Positions 8,267 through 15,742 of a stretch of DNA of 64,000 nt are shown here, piece after piece. The stretch lies in contig JACQEP010000007.1 of the NCBI GenBank assembly GCA_016200485.1, positions 48,653-112,652 of the forward strand, given 5' to 3'. The stretch's first letter is position 1, and each line of letters opens with the position of its first letter. Under the pieces are notes generated by a model. It saw only the letters and a list, made by a program, of their open reading frames with translations. It was not told the origin of the DNA and searched no databases. The DNA is from Gammaproteobacteria bacterium. Lineage in GTDB: Bacteria; Pseudomonadota; Gammaproteobacteria; Tenderiales; Tenderiaceae. Both the position numbers and the translations under genes were made by a program.

Positions 8267-8928
8267 GTGCTTGTTATAGCATGCTTTGGATTTCCTTTGA
8301 TTGAATGGAGGATTCGGTGCGCAAACTTCATGCCTTCACTACATAGTGCCTGGAATAAAGGAAGACTAGTTGGGCAAAAGCTACCGCTGATGCAGCTATC
8401 TGAGAATATCAGGGATCTAGCGCTCTTCAATCTAGCCATCGATAGCACAAGCTTAGAGGTTGTGACTTAGTGAGGCTAATAGTCAGTGACCTCACACATG
8501 GCTCATCAATACTTAAGTGCGCAATGATCATGCAACAGAAAACCAAGCAACCTGTTCAGTTCGAGATTACAGATCAAATCAGGAAGGCCGTATTAGGCTT
8601 GATAGCCCTTCAGTATCTGAAATACAATGACACTCTCTTCCAAAGTCGTTTTCATCAATCACCTCATATCTATACCCGACAATCCGCCAGGATGGTCGGG
8701 TAATGGGTAAATGATATCGGACTAGACCCTGCGGATTACGGCGCTCACTCTATAAGAAGAACCAAGGTCTCGTTGATCTATCGGCAAACCCACAACTTGA
8801 GAGCATCCAGCTACTCCTCGGTCACACCAGATTGGAAAGTACTGTTAGGTATCTTTAGATATCTTGGTATAGAGGTAGATGATACCCTGGAAATATCAGA
8901 ACGGATGGAAATATAGCCATCCATCCCC
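8267..8928 (+). pseudogene. Tyrosine recombinase/phage-type integrase remnant (catalytic domain only), disrupted by frameshifts, an in-frame stop and a ~10-bp duplication.
   Basis: Integrase-like peptides in three frames: AWNKGRLVGQKLPLMQLSENIRDLALFNLAIDSTSLEVV | LIVSDLTHG...QPVQFEITDQIRKAVLGLIAL..FQSRFHQSPHIYTRQSARMVG stop(TAA 8701) | DIGLDPADYGAHSIRRTKVSLIYRQTHNLRA | IQLLLGHTRLESTVRYL stop | GIEVDDTLEISERMEI. The N-terminal arm/core-binding domains are absent. Confidence 0.8.
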
Positions 8929-8960
8929 CACACCTAGAAGCATTTTACACTTAAAAGTAA

Positions 8961-8988
8961 GGGAGCAGGACAGCCTGCTCCCTTTTAT
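8961..8988. terminator. Bidirectional rho-independent terminator (GGGAGCAGG-acagc-CTGCTCCC flanked by A-run/T-run).
   Basis: Perfect 9-bp stem with AAAAG upstream and TTTTAT downstream. Lies between the integrase remnant (+) and the 3' end of the minus-strand gene 8990..9334. Confidence 0.7.
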
Positions 8989-8989
8989 A

Positions 8990-9334
8990 CTATTCGCCAG
9001 TGTAATTGGCAGCGATGTAGTTGCCATCCGGAGTATAGAATAGATATAAAGTTTGCTTGGAGGCGTCACTCACTTTCTCATTCTTGAATATCACCACCCA
9101 TTCAGGGCCGTCTGCAAAGGTCTTTTGTTCTACCGAAGCGGGTTGAATTCCAGACCAGGACGCATCAATTTTTCCGGCCGTTGCCAGTTGTTCAACTTTT
9201 TGCATTGCCTTGCCAGAGGTCACATCCGCAGAAACGGGCCCATGAGAATGGCCGTGATCGTGCCCTGATCCTGCATATATTGGGTTTGCAAAAAACAAGA
9301 ACAGTGAAACTAGTGTAGAAATTAGATAACGCAT
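8990..9334 (-). CDS. Secreted His-rich putative metal-binding periplasmic protein (114 aa).
   Basis: Start MRYLISTLVSLFLFFANPIYA (signal peptide) preceded by GGAGGA. GSGHDHGHSHGP His-rich motif. The longer ORF-track start (9409) is upstream of the RBS and is rejected. Confidence 0.6.
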   Translation of the reverse strand: MRYLISTLVSLFLFFANPIYAGSGHDHGHSHGPVSADVTSGKAMQKVEQLATAGKIDASWSGIQPASVEQKTFADGPEWVVIFKNEKVSDASKQTLYLFYTPDGNYIAANYTGE

Positions 9335-9350
9335 AAATCCTCCAGGTCTA

Positions 9351-9485
9351 TTAATTGATGGTGTCATGTTGATTTGTTTGATCATGTGAGTGCCCATTAC
9401 CATGGGCATGGCCGTCTTCTGATGAGCATGCAGAAAATAGCGTTAAACTTGAACAGGTGAATATTATCAAAACTAACTTGTGCAT
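9351..9485 (-). CDS. 44-aa His-rich lipoprotein-like peptide (MHKLVLIIFTCSSLTLFSACSSEDGHAHGNGHSHDQTNQHDTIN), absent from the ORF track.
   Basis: GGAGGT RBS 6 nt upstream of the ATG. Lipobox-like LFSAC. Same GHxHGxGHSH motif as the downstream gene, and tandem with it. Confidence 0.45.
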   Translation of the reverse strand: MHKLVLIIFTCSSLTLFSACSSEDGHAHGNGHSHDQTNQHDTIN

Positions 9486-9501
9486 TATTTACCTCCTATC
9501 G

Positions 9502-10692
9502 TTAATCAATGCTTTCATGTCTTGCCTGGAGTTTTGGAGCTGGTTCGTTAATTACCTTATTTTTATCCACTAGCTGATATTCGCCATTTACTTTTAGCGA
9601 AATGGTGATAGGTGTGTGGGTGTTGTTTTTCCAATACCAACCATGTGTACCTGCAAATGTAGAGGTTAAAGAGCCGCTTGACTGGCTTTCCGTACTCTTG
9701 TGGAAGCTTTTGAAATAGCCGGTGGTATCGCCTGCGGGTTCACCATGAAAATCATAAAACAGTGGCTCGCCATCTGTTCGCCATGAATAGTTAAACGTCG
9801 CACCTTTGGCTAGAAAGAGTTTGTACTCCTTATCACCTCTGGCAGGTATCGTGACAGCGATGGAATCTTTCCACTCTGTAGACTCCATGCTTGCAAGGCC
9901 TCCTTGCACGGCAGTAGATTGCGCGGAGGCTTCTTTACTTGCGCCTAGCTCTTTATTGATGGTGTGCTCATAACCATGCATTTGCATGAAAAATAGGTAA
10001 ATTCCCATGGCTATCAAGGCATAGTTTGCAATCAGGCTGAACGCTTTGAAACCATGGGTTTTACGCCATGCCGCAATCAGCAATAACATCAGGAACAGCG
10101 CGCTGATTTGTCCCAGTTCGATGCCTATGTTGAACGAAATAATATTCAGTAACAGTCCGTCTTCGCTTAGCGGCAGTTCCTGCAAACGCGTGGATAAGCC
10201 AAAACCATGGATCAGCCCAAGCCCAATGATCATCAGCATCATGTTAGGTGGGTTAATACCAAGATATTTACGAAAGCCGTCAATGTTAGCGAAAGCGATA
10301 TAACACACACTGAGCGCAATCACTGCATCAATGAGGAAGTAGTTAAGCTGAATCGCGTTAAATGTGGCGAAAATCAGCGTGACACTGTGCCCCAGTGTAA
10401 ACGCGGTCACGTATTTGGCAATATCCCGAAAGGTGGTTAGGAAGAAGATGATCCCGAAGACAAACGCAAGATGGTCGTAGCCGGAAAGCATGTGTGTAGC
10501 GCCTAGCCACAAATACTGCACGTTACCACCGTCGATGATTGCCTGTTTTTCCGCTCCAGACATACCATGAGCAAAGGCAAGATTGGAAAACAATGCAAAC
10601 AGCACGAGCCCGGTGATTAGAATAAACAGATTTCGTTTGACTAACATGGCTTGATTATTCTGGGGTAATGAGATTGCTTTGCTGCTAATCAC
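9502..10692 (-). CDS. HupE/UreJ-family (Ni/Co) membrane transporter fused to a ~140-aa C-terminal soluble domain.
   Basis: HupE/UreJ signature HMLSGYDHLAFVFGIIFF. Multiple TM segments over ~250 aa, followed by a hydrophilic tail (KELGASKEASAQ...WKNNTHTPITISLKVNGEYQLV). Confidence 0.7.
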   Translation of the reverse strand: MISSKAISLPQNNQAMLVKRNLFILITGLVLFALFSNLAFAHGMSGAEKQAIIDGGNVQYLWLGATHMLSGYDHLAFVFGIIFFLTTFRDIAKYVTAFTLGHSVTLIFATFNAIQLNYFLIDAVIALSVCYIAFANIDGFRKYLGINPPNMMLMIIGLGLIHGFGLSTRLQELPLSEDGLLLNIISFNIGIELGQISALFLMLLLIAAWRKTHGFKAFSLIANYALIAMGIYLFFMQMHGYEHTINKELGASKEASAQSTAVQGGLASMESTEWKDSIAVTIPARGDKEYKLFLAKGATFNYSWRTDGEPLFYDFHGEPAGDTTGYFKSFHKSTESQSSGSLTSTFAGTHGWYWKNNTHTPITISLKVNGEYQLVDKNKVINEPAPKLQARHESID

Positions 10693-10997
10693 AGGCGACC
10701 TCCTTTTTCGGCAGCTGTTACCCAGTAAACGCCATGTCCCGTGAGATTGGCTTGCGCCTCACTAAGCTTTGCCAATACAGCATTTACATCAGTATCCTCA
10801 AGTAAAATATCTGTCCGTATACGTGGGGCATAGCCAACCACGTTATCGTGTGCAGTTATAAAAGGGTCGCTTTCCACTTCTACACCATGACCTTCGACGT
10901 GGCTAAAGGTAAAGCCTGAGACCTGATCAATAGTGCGTAATAAATCAGCCAGTTGTTGCTGAACGTTCGTATGAACAATAAGCGTTAATACTTTCAT
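10689..10997 (-). CDS. Small P-II-fold/DUF3240-like protein of the kind found beside cation-efflux genes.
   Basis: 102 aa. MKVLTLIVHTNVQQQLADLL...GHGV pattern. 4-nt overlap with the HupE/UreJ gene. The family assignment is from memory. Confidence 0.5.
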   Translation of the reverse strand: MKVLTLIVHTNVQQQLADLLRTIDQVSGFTFSHVEGHGVEVESDPFITAHDNVVGYAPRIRTDILLEDTDVNAVLAKLSEAQANLTGHGVYWVTAAEKGGRL

Positions 10998-11141
10998 GCG
11001 TATTCCTCTGCAATGAATCGAATCTTTAGGGTTGCCAGTGCACCAGAAATCGGCTGCATTACTGGCTTAAATTTATGTCGCATGGATACGGTCGGCTCGA
11101 GTCTAAGTCGAGCGAGCATCAATACATTGATAGAGAAACGC

Positions 11142-11558
11142 TTAAAGTGGTGGTGCGCGAAGCGGTGGGATTAGATGAAATCGACGGGGAAGGCTAACGT
11201 TGCCACGATTTATAGGAAATTTATTTCGATATAGCCCAGGTACGGGCAGGAACAGCACGATGCCTATTAAGGCTGCCATCAGTAGATTGCTAGCTACCTG
11301 TTTTAAGCAGTCCGGGCATGCATCAATCACTGTTGTTGTTTCATCATGGTGATCCTGATGGGAGCTGTCTAAAGAAAGGTGAGCCCCACCAATGTGAGAG
11401 TGTCCATTGATATTGTCGATTGAGTGATGACCTTGATGCGAGTCATGATCAAAGCTGTGGACATGTAGAGTTACGCCTTGAGCTGACAGCATTAGCAATG
11501 AAAGCAATACTGTCCACGCAATCAATATTCTCTTATCTATTTTACGAAAAAAATCCAT
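11142..11558 (-). CDS. His-rich secreted/membrane-anchored putative metal-binding protein (DUF2946-like?).
   Basis: N-terminal signal/TM. HVHSFDHDSHQGHHSIDNINGHSHIGGAH...HQDHHDE. CPDC motif. C-terminal hydrophobic segment. Confidence 0.5.
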   Translation of the reverse strand: MDFFRKIDKRILIAWTVLLSLLMLSAQGVTLHVHSFDHDSHQGHHSIDNINGHSHIGGAHLSLDSSHQDHHDETTTVIDACPDCLKQVASNLLMAALIGIVLFLPVPGLYRNKFPINRGNVSLPRRFHLIPPLRAPPL

Positions 11559-11665
11559 CGTGGCAGTCTAGCAACTTAAGTGTCCAAGTGTAAATCGGAT
11601 ATTATTTGATCCAATTCGACAATAAGGAAAAATTCTTTATTTTGACAAGCCTTATTCATGTGTAC

Positions 11666-11941
11666 TTATTTGAGATAGGAGCGTAACACTGCCACAACCT
11701 GCTCCAGATCCTCATTGCGCTGCTGAGGCGTCACACCCTCAGCGCCTAGATGCTCCCTGAGATGCCCCTCCAGCACTTCAGTCATGAGGCCATTTACCGC
11801 ACCACGAATCGCCGCAATCTGCTGAAGAATCGCCACACATTCTTTATCTTGTTCCAGGGCCTTTTCTAAGGCCTCTGTCTGCCCTTTGATGCGGCGTAAT
11901 CGGGTCAGCAGTTGTTTCTTACCTTCAATCGTATGCGACAT
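11666..11941 (-). CDS. RcnR/FrmR/CsoR-family metal-sensing transcriptional repressor (DmeR-like), 91 aa.
   Basis: N-terminus MSHTIEGKKQLLTRLRRIKGQTEALEKAL matches the RcnR/FrmR family. Divergent to a CDF transporter. The longer ORF-track start is rejected. Confidence 0.8.
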   Translation of the reverse strand: MSHTIEGKKQLLTRLRRIKGQTEALEKALEQDKECVAILQQIAAIRGAVNGLMTEVLEGHLREHLGAEGVTPQQRNEDLEQVVAVLRSYLK

Positions 11942-11962
11942 GGTTTCTCTTTCTAAGAGAGG

Positions 11963-11981
11963 TATACTGAGGTATAGTATA
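11963..11981. promoter_or_regulatory. Candidate RcnR/DmeR operator: inverted repeat TATACT-N7-AGTATA in the divergent intergenic region.
   Basis: tatactgaggtatagtata contains TACT-N7-AGTA, resembling the E. coli RcnR site consensus TACT-G6-N-AGTA. An adjacent direct repeat GAGGTATA x2 is present. Confidence 0.5.
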
Positions 11982-12011
11982 TGCCAATATGAATCAAGTA
12001 GACAAATTTCG

Positions 12012-12974
12012 ATGATCCCCCCCAAAACAGACAACGACTGGAATCACTCTCACGTATTTGATGAGGGCAATCCACTGGCGGAAAGAAATACCCGCTGGGC
12101 GGTGATTCTGACGGCAATCATGATGGTGGTCGAAATCGCTGGCGGCTGGGTATTTAACTCAATGGCATTATTGGCCGACGGTTGGCACATGAGTTCACAC
12201 GCTCTGGCACTGGGTCTCTCTGTGGCAGCCTATGTCGCCGCCCGGCGCTTTGCCCATGATGGCCGATTTGCGTTTGGCACCTGGAAAATTGAGGTTCTGG
12301 GCAGCTATACCAGCGCAATCCTGCTCATTGGTGTTGCCGGACTGATGCTTTACCAGTCGGTAGAACGACTCATGGCGCCGTCCCCTATCCACTACGATCA
12401 AGCGATTTTCGTTGCCATCCTAGGCTTATTGGTCAATCTCGCCTGTGCTTGGCTACTCAATGACGGACATGCGCATCATGATCATGACCTTGATCACGGA
12501 CACCATCATGACCTGAACCTGCGCGCTGCCTATCTCCACGTACTTGCCGATGCAGCAACCTCCGTCCTGGCTATTTTGGCGTTGATCGGTGGTAAATTAT
12601 GGGGAGCTAGCTGGCTTGATCCCGCAATGGGCATCGTTGGTGCGGTGTTGGTTACGGTATGGGCTTATGGGCTGTTACACGACGCAGGGCGAGTGCTGCT
12701 CGATGCAGAAATGAATGCCCCCGTGGTCAATGAAATTCGTGACGTGATCGACGCCTGCCCCTCCGATGCACATATCTGCGACCTTCATGTGTGGCGTGTC
12801 GGCAAGGGTAAATACGCCTGCATCCTATCGCTTATCGTTAATGCCGATTCTAACGATGATGCGGAATATTACCAAAAGCAGTTGGGCATTCACGAGGAGC
12901 TTGTTCATATCACTGTGGAAATAAAGAACCAACAAAAACCTGTTGATCTTGAAGCTGAAATTGCACCAGCTTAA
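12012..12974 (+). CDS. Cation diffusion facilitator (CDF) family Co/Ni/Zn efflux transporter (DmeF/CzcD-like).
   Basis: MIPPKTDNDWNHSHVF...WAVILTAIMMVVEIAGG. His-rich cytoplasmic loop (HAHHDHDLDHGHHHDLN) followed by LRAAYLHVLADAATSV. Start chosen at 12012 rather than the ORF-track 11886. Confidence 0.85.
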   Translation: MIPPKTDNDWNHSHVFDEGNPLAERNTRWAVILTAIMMVVEIAGGWVFNSMALLADGWHMSSHALALGLSVAAYVAARRFAHDGRFAFGTWKIEVLGSYTSAILLIGVAGLMLYQSVERLMAPSPIHYDQAIFVAILGLLVNLACAWLLNDGHAHHDHDLDHGHHHDLNLRAAYLHVLADAATSVLAILALIGGKLWGASWLDPAMGIVGAVLVTVWAYGLLHDAGRVLLDAEMNAPVVNEIRDVIDACPSDAHICDLHVWRVGKGKYACILSLIVNADSNDDAEYYQKQLGIHEELVHITVEIKNQQKPVDLEAEIAPA

Positions 12975-13203
12975 ACACATAAGTGGCGCAATATAGCTTG
13001 GACAAGAGCCCGAAGAGGAATAAGGGAATGTCTGCTATCGCGATTCCTGCCGTTCGCTCCATAGTAGACATTCGCTAACTCCACTTTCAAAGGCAGCAAA
13101 GGGTCGTTCTGAGTCATTAAAAATTCAAGCGAATCCGACGTTCTCTGTTATATCAAGCACCATATCTTCCTGTCACCAAATGCGGATACCTGGGGAAGGG
13201 TGA

Positions 13204-13263
13204 ATTACGCAAAATTACCTGTGTCATGCGTAATTATGCAAATCGCGCGTAATTATGCGTAAT
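13204..13263. repeat. Iteron-like array of the 7-mer GCGTAAT (one inverted ATTACGC copy plus three direct copies, two of them as GCGTAATTATGC).
   Basis: Direct reading: gaATTACGCaaaattacctgtgtcatGCGTAATTATGCaaatcgcGCGTAATTATGCGTAATctgg. Confidence 0.6.
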
Positions 13264-13352
13264 CTGGCGGGGCAACTTATTGGCGTAGGGACTATTTAGG
13301 GGCGTGATCTCCACGGTCAACGAAGAGACAATGTATCCTGAGATCGCTTTTA

Positions 13353-13568
13353 TCAAGCCACAAACCGCACCTTATGCCTCGCCAACGCAATCGTTACCGT
13401 CGCCCCGACATTAAATTCCAGATAATCGCCTTCAATCCCGTCGCTGAAAATCACACCATTGCCCGTCATCTGTGAGTGAATAATGAGTGGCAGTTCGTTG
13501 GTGACCACGCCGAAGATGTGTGAGGTCTGCGTGGGCTTGCTCGGAAACGGTTCCCGTACCGCAAACAT
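13353..13568 (-). CDS. Hypothetical small protein, possibly a gene fragment.
   Basis: Open frame only. No motif recognised. Start uncertain. Confidence 0.2.
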   Translation of the reverse strand: MFAVREPFPSKPTQTSHIFGVVTNELPLIIHSQMTGNGVIFSDGIEGDYLEFNVGATVTIALARHKVRFVA

Positions 13569-13641
13569 GTACCCTTATGGAAGAGGGGTTAGCGGTGACG
13601 CCCCCTCGCCCATAAGCCGACGAGGGGTAATGTCAGCGATT

Positions 13642-13881
13642 TTAGTGTTTCCGATCCATTGGAGGACTTGGATCTTTACCGTAGCTGTCGCTGTCGCGTA
13701 TCTGGCCATTTTGGCGATGAATGACAACTTCTGCGTGCTCCCGTTTAGCCTGATCACGGGCGCGATCAATAGCTTCGCGCTGCGTATCGTGCTTTGACCC
13801 AGCCCGGTCGGCCCCTTCTTTTTTGGTCGCCCATCCGCCGTCTTTATGCGGTACAACATGTATGTCACGTTTCTTGCTCAT
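13642..13881 (-). CDS. DUF2188 domain-containing small protein.
   Basis: HVVPHKDGGWATKKEGADRAGSKHDTQREAIDRARDQAKREHAEVVIHRQNGQIRDSDSYGKDPSPP matches the DUF2188 pattern, recognised from memory. Confidence 0.7.
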   Translation of the reverse strand: MSKKRDIHVVPHKDGGWATKKEGADRAGSKHDTQREAIDRARDQAKREHAEVVIHRQNGQIRDSDSYGKDPSPPMDRKH

Positions 13882-13898
13882 ATCAGACCTCTTTTCAT

Positions 13899-14162
13899 TT
13901 AGCAGTTAGCCAAGTCATCCAGATTGTTGCGGGACGTGTTGTCCTTGTCCGTGCGCAGATATTTCCCCCTTGGTCCGTTAACCACGCGGATCGGAGTCTT
14001 TGTGCCATCGCTCCATGGGACATGGTACTGATGTGCCCTGGTTTCAATATCCCGGATCGCATCCGCCTTGTCACGGGGAGACCAAAATTCGCCGTGATTA
14101 CACAGACCGGTAATGTCGCCATCGCGATCCTTCCTGCTTCGGGTTACAGCTCTTATTGCCAT
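13899..14162 (-). CDS. DUF3892 domain-containing small protein.
   Basis: ITGLCNHGEFWSPRDKADAIRDIETRAHQYHV...RVVNGPRGKYLRTDKDNTSRNNLDDL matches the DUF3892 pattern, recognised from memory. Confidence 0.65.
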   Translation of the reverse strand: MAIRAVTRSRKDRDGDITGLCNHGEFWSPRDKADAIRDIETRAHQYHVPWSDGTKTPIRVVNGPRGKYLRTDKDNTSRNNLDDLANC

Positions 14163-14305
14163 GTGAGCACCTCATTTCAGTTGATTAAAAATAAATGTAA
14201 TGTAAAATACTACGATTCCGTATAGACCATGGGTCTAAAAAACGCCTAGCGCGTATATACGAAGGCGTATTTTATTAATATACTCTAACGTATAGAGGTT
14301 GTGCA

Positions 14306-14641
14306 ATGGTAAATGATGATGTTTTTCCGCAAAGACTCGTGGCTGCCCGCAAGAAGCGGGAACTCAGCCAGGATGATCTGGCCCAGAGGTCAGGGCTACA
14401 ACCCGCTGCGGTATCTCACTTTGAAACGGGAGCACGCAAGCCCTCTTTTGATAATCTGCGTCGGTTGGCAGATGCACTCAACGTAACCGCCGATTACTTA
14501 CTCGGCCGTACAGACGATCCCGAAGGGTTTGCCGAAGCGGACGTGGCTTTTCGGCACGGCTTTGAAAAGCTATCTTCAGACCAGAGGGAGATAGCTCTGG
14601 ACTTTATTCAGGTGTTGGCCAAGAGAAACAAGAAAGAATAG
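14306..14641 (+). CDS. XRE-family helix-turn-helix transcriptional regulator.
   Basis: LVAARKKRELSQDDLAQRSGLQPAAVSHFETGARKPSFDNLRRLADALNVTADYLLG is a Cro/C1-type HTH. Confidence 0.85.
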   Translation: MVNDDVFPQRLVAARKKRELSQDDLAQRSGLQPAAVSHFETGARKPSFDNLRRLADALNVTADYLLGRTDDPEGFAEADVAFRHGFEKLSSDQREIALDFIQVLAKRNKKE

Positions 14642-14653
14642 GAGCCACCTGAG

Positions 14654-15511
14654 ATGGATCCCTTTGCCACGAGAGAAGCTGAGCGGCTCCTGAAGGAGTG
14701 GGGAGTTACATCTCTTCCGGTCAATCCGGTTGCCATTGCTGTGCAGCATGACATTGTTTGTCAGGCCATGCCATCGCAGAATGGCGGGGTGTCGGGAATG
14801 TTGATAAAAAACAAGCGGGCGTTTGGTATTCTTTACGCCACCCATATAGAAAACGAGGGCTTCCAGCGTTTCAGTGTCGCGCACGAGCTGGGGCATTATT
14901 TTTTACCCGGCCATCCCGAAGCGGTGTTCGCAGGCGGCGTTATCCACGAATCACGGGCTGGATTTGTCTCTGACGATACATATGAAAGTGAGGCTGATCA
15001 TTTTGCCAGCGGCTTGCTTATGCCGAATTTTTTGTTCGATCCCGTATTAGATCGTGCCGGGGAAGGGATGGAAGTGGTTAAAACGCTGAAGCAGCTCTGT
15101 GGTACGTCTCTGGTGGCCACGGCTATCCGTTATGCTCAGAGAACGCCGGCGCCCGCCGCGATTGTAGTGAGCATAGGTGATAAGGTGGATTACTGCTTCA
15201 TGTCGGATGATCTGAAGGAATATCCGGGACTGGCCTGGCTCAAAAAAGGGATGGGCGTTCCGCGCGGCACAAAAACGCACACTTTCAACAGAGATGTGGA
15301 TAATGTGCGTCTTGCCAGAGAAGATGCAGATTCCATCAGCTTGGCGACATGGTTTGGTAGTAGAATAAAAGGTGAGCTGTATGAAGAAGTCATCGGTCTT
15401 GGCAGATATGGCAAGACATTGACTGTACTTTCCGCATCCGATCTGCCTGATCTTGAGGAGATCGAAGAGGATGAAGAACTTGAGGATTCATGGGCGATTC
15501 GCTTCAGATAA
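14654..15511 (+). CDS. ImmA/IrrE-family (DUF955) zinc metallopeptidase with an acidic C-terminal tail.
   Basis: HEXXH motif in FSVAHELGHYFLPGH. Immediately downstream of the XRE gene with a 12-nt gap. Tail DLPDLEEIEEDEELEDS. Confidence 0.8.
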   Translation: MDPFATREAERLLKEWGVTSLPVNPVAIAVQHDIVCQAMPSQNGGVSGMLIKNKRAFGILYATHIENEGFQRFSVAHELGHYFLPGHPEAVFAGGVIHESRAGFVSDDTYESEADHFASGLLMPNFLFDPVLDRAGEGMEVVKTLKQLCGTSLVATAIRYAQRTPAPAAIVVSIGDKVDYCFMSDDLKEYPGLAWLKKGMGVPRGTKTHTFNRDVDNVRLAREDADSISLATWFGSRIKGELYEEVIGLGRYGKTLTVLSASDLPDLEEIEEDEELEDSWAIRFR

Positions 15512-15640
15512 TGCCGATTTTTTGAATGTGGTAAATAAGTTAATTCCATTGATGCTGGTAATGCGGACAAGCTATTGTTTAATGCGTATGGAGACGTGGA
15601 AGCCGCACAAAATAACTTCATTCATATGATAAGGATCTCT

Positions 15641-15673
15641 AATTACAAACTTTATATCTTAATTACAAACTTT
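15641..15673. repeat. 13-bp direct repeat AATTACAAACTTT x2 spaced 20 bp apart in an AT-rich convergent intergenic region.
   Basis: Direct reading: ctctAATTACAAACTTTatatcttAATTACAAACTTTtttatc. Confidence 0.6.
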
Positions 15674-15742
15674 TTTATCAATGTACAAATGAAATATCGC
15701 TATTCTCTCTGATACAAGCGGCGACTAATTTCCTGAGCTGTA

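Noticed and set aside
13794-14225. 143-aa plus-strand ORF overlapping the DUF2188/DUF3892 genes
   Set aside because: It is antisense to two small genes with recognisable conserved-domain patterns, and has no RBS.
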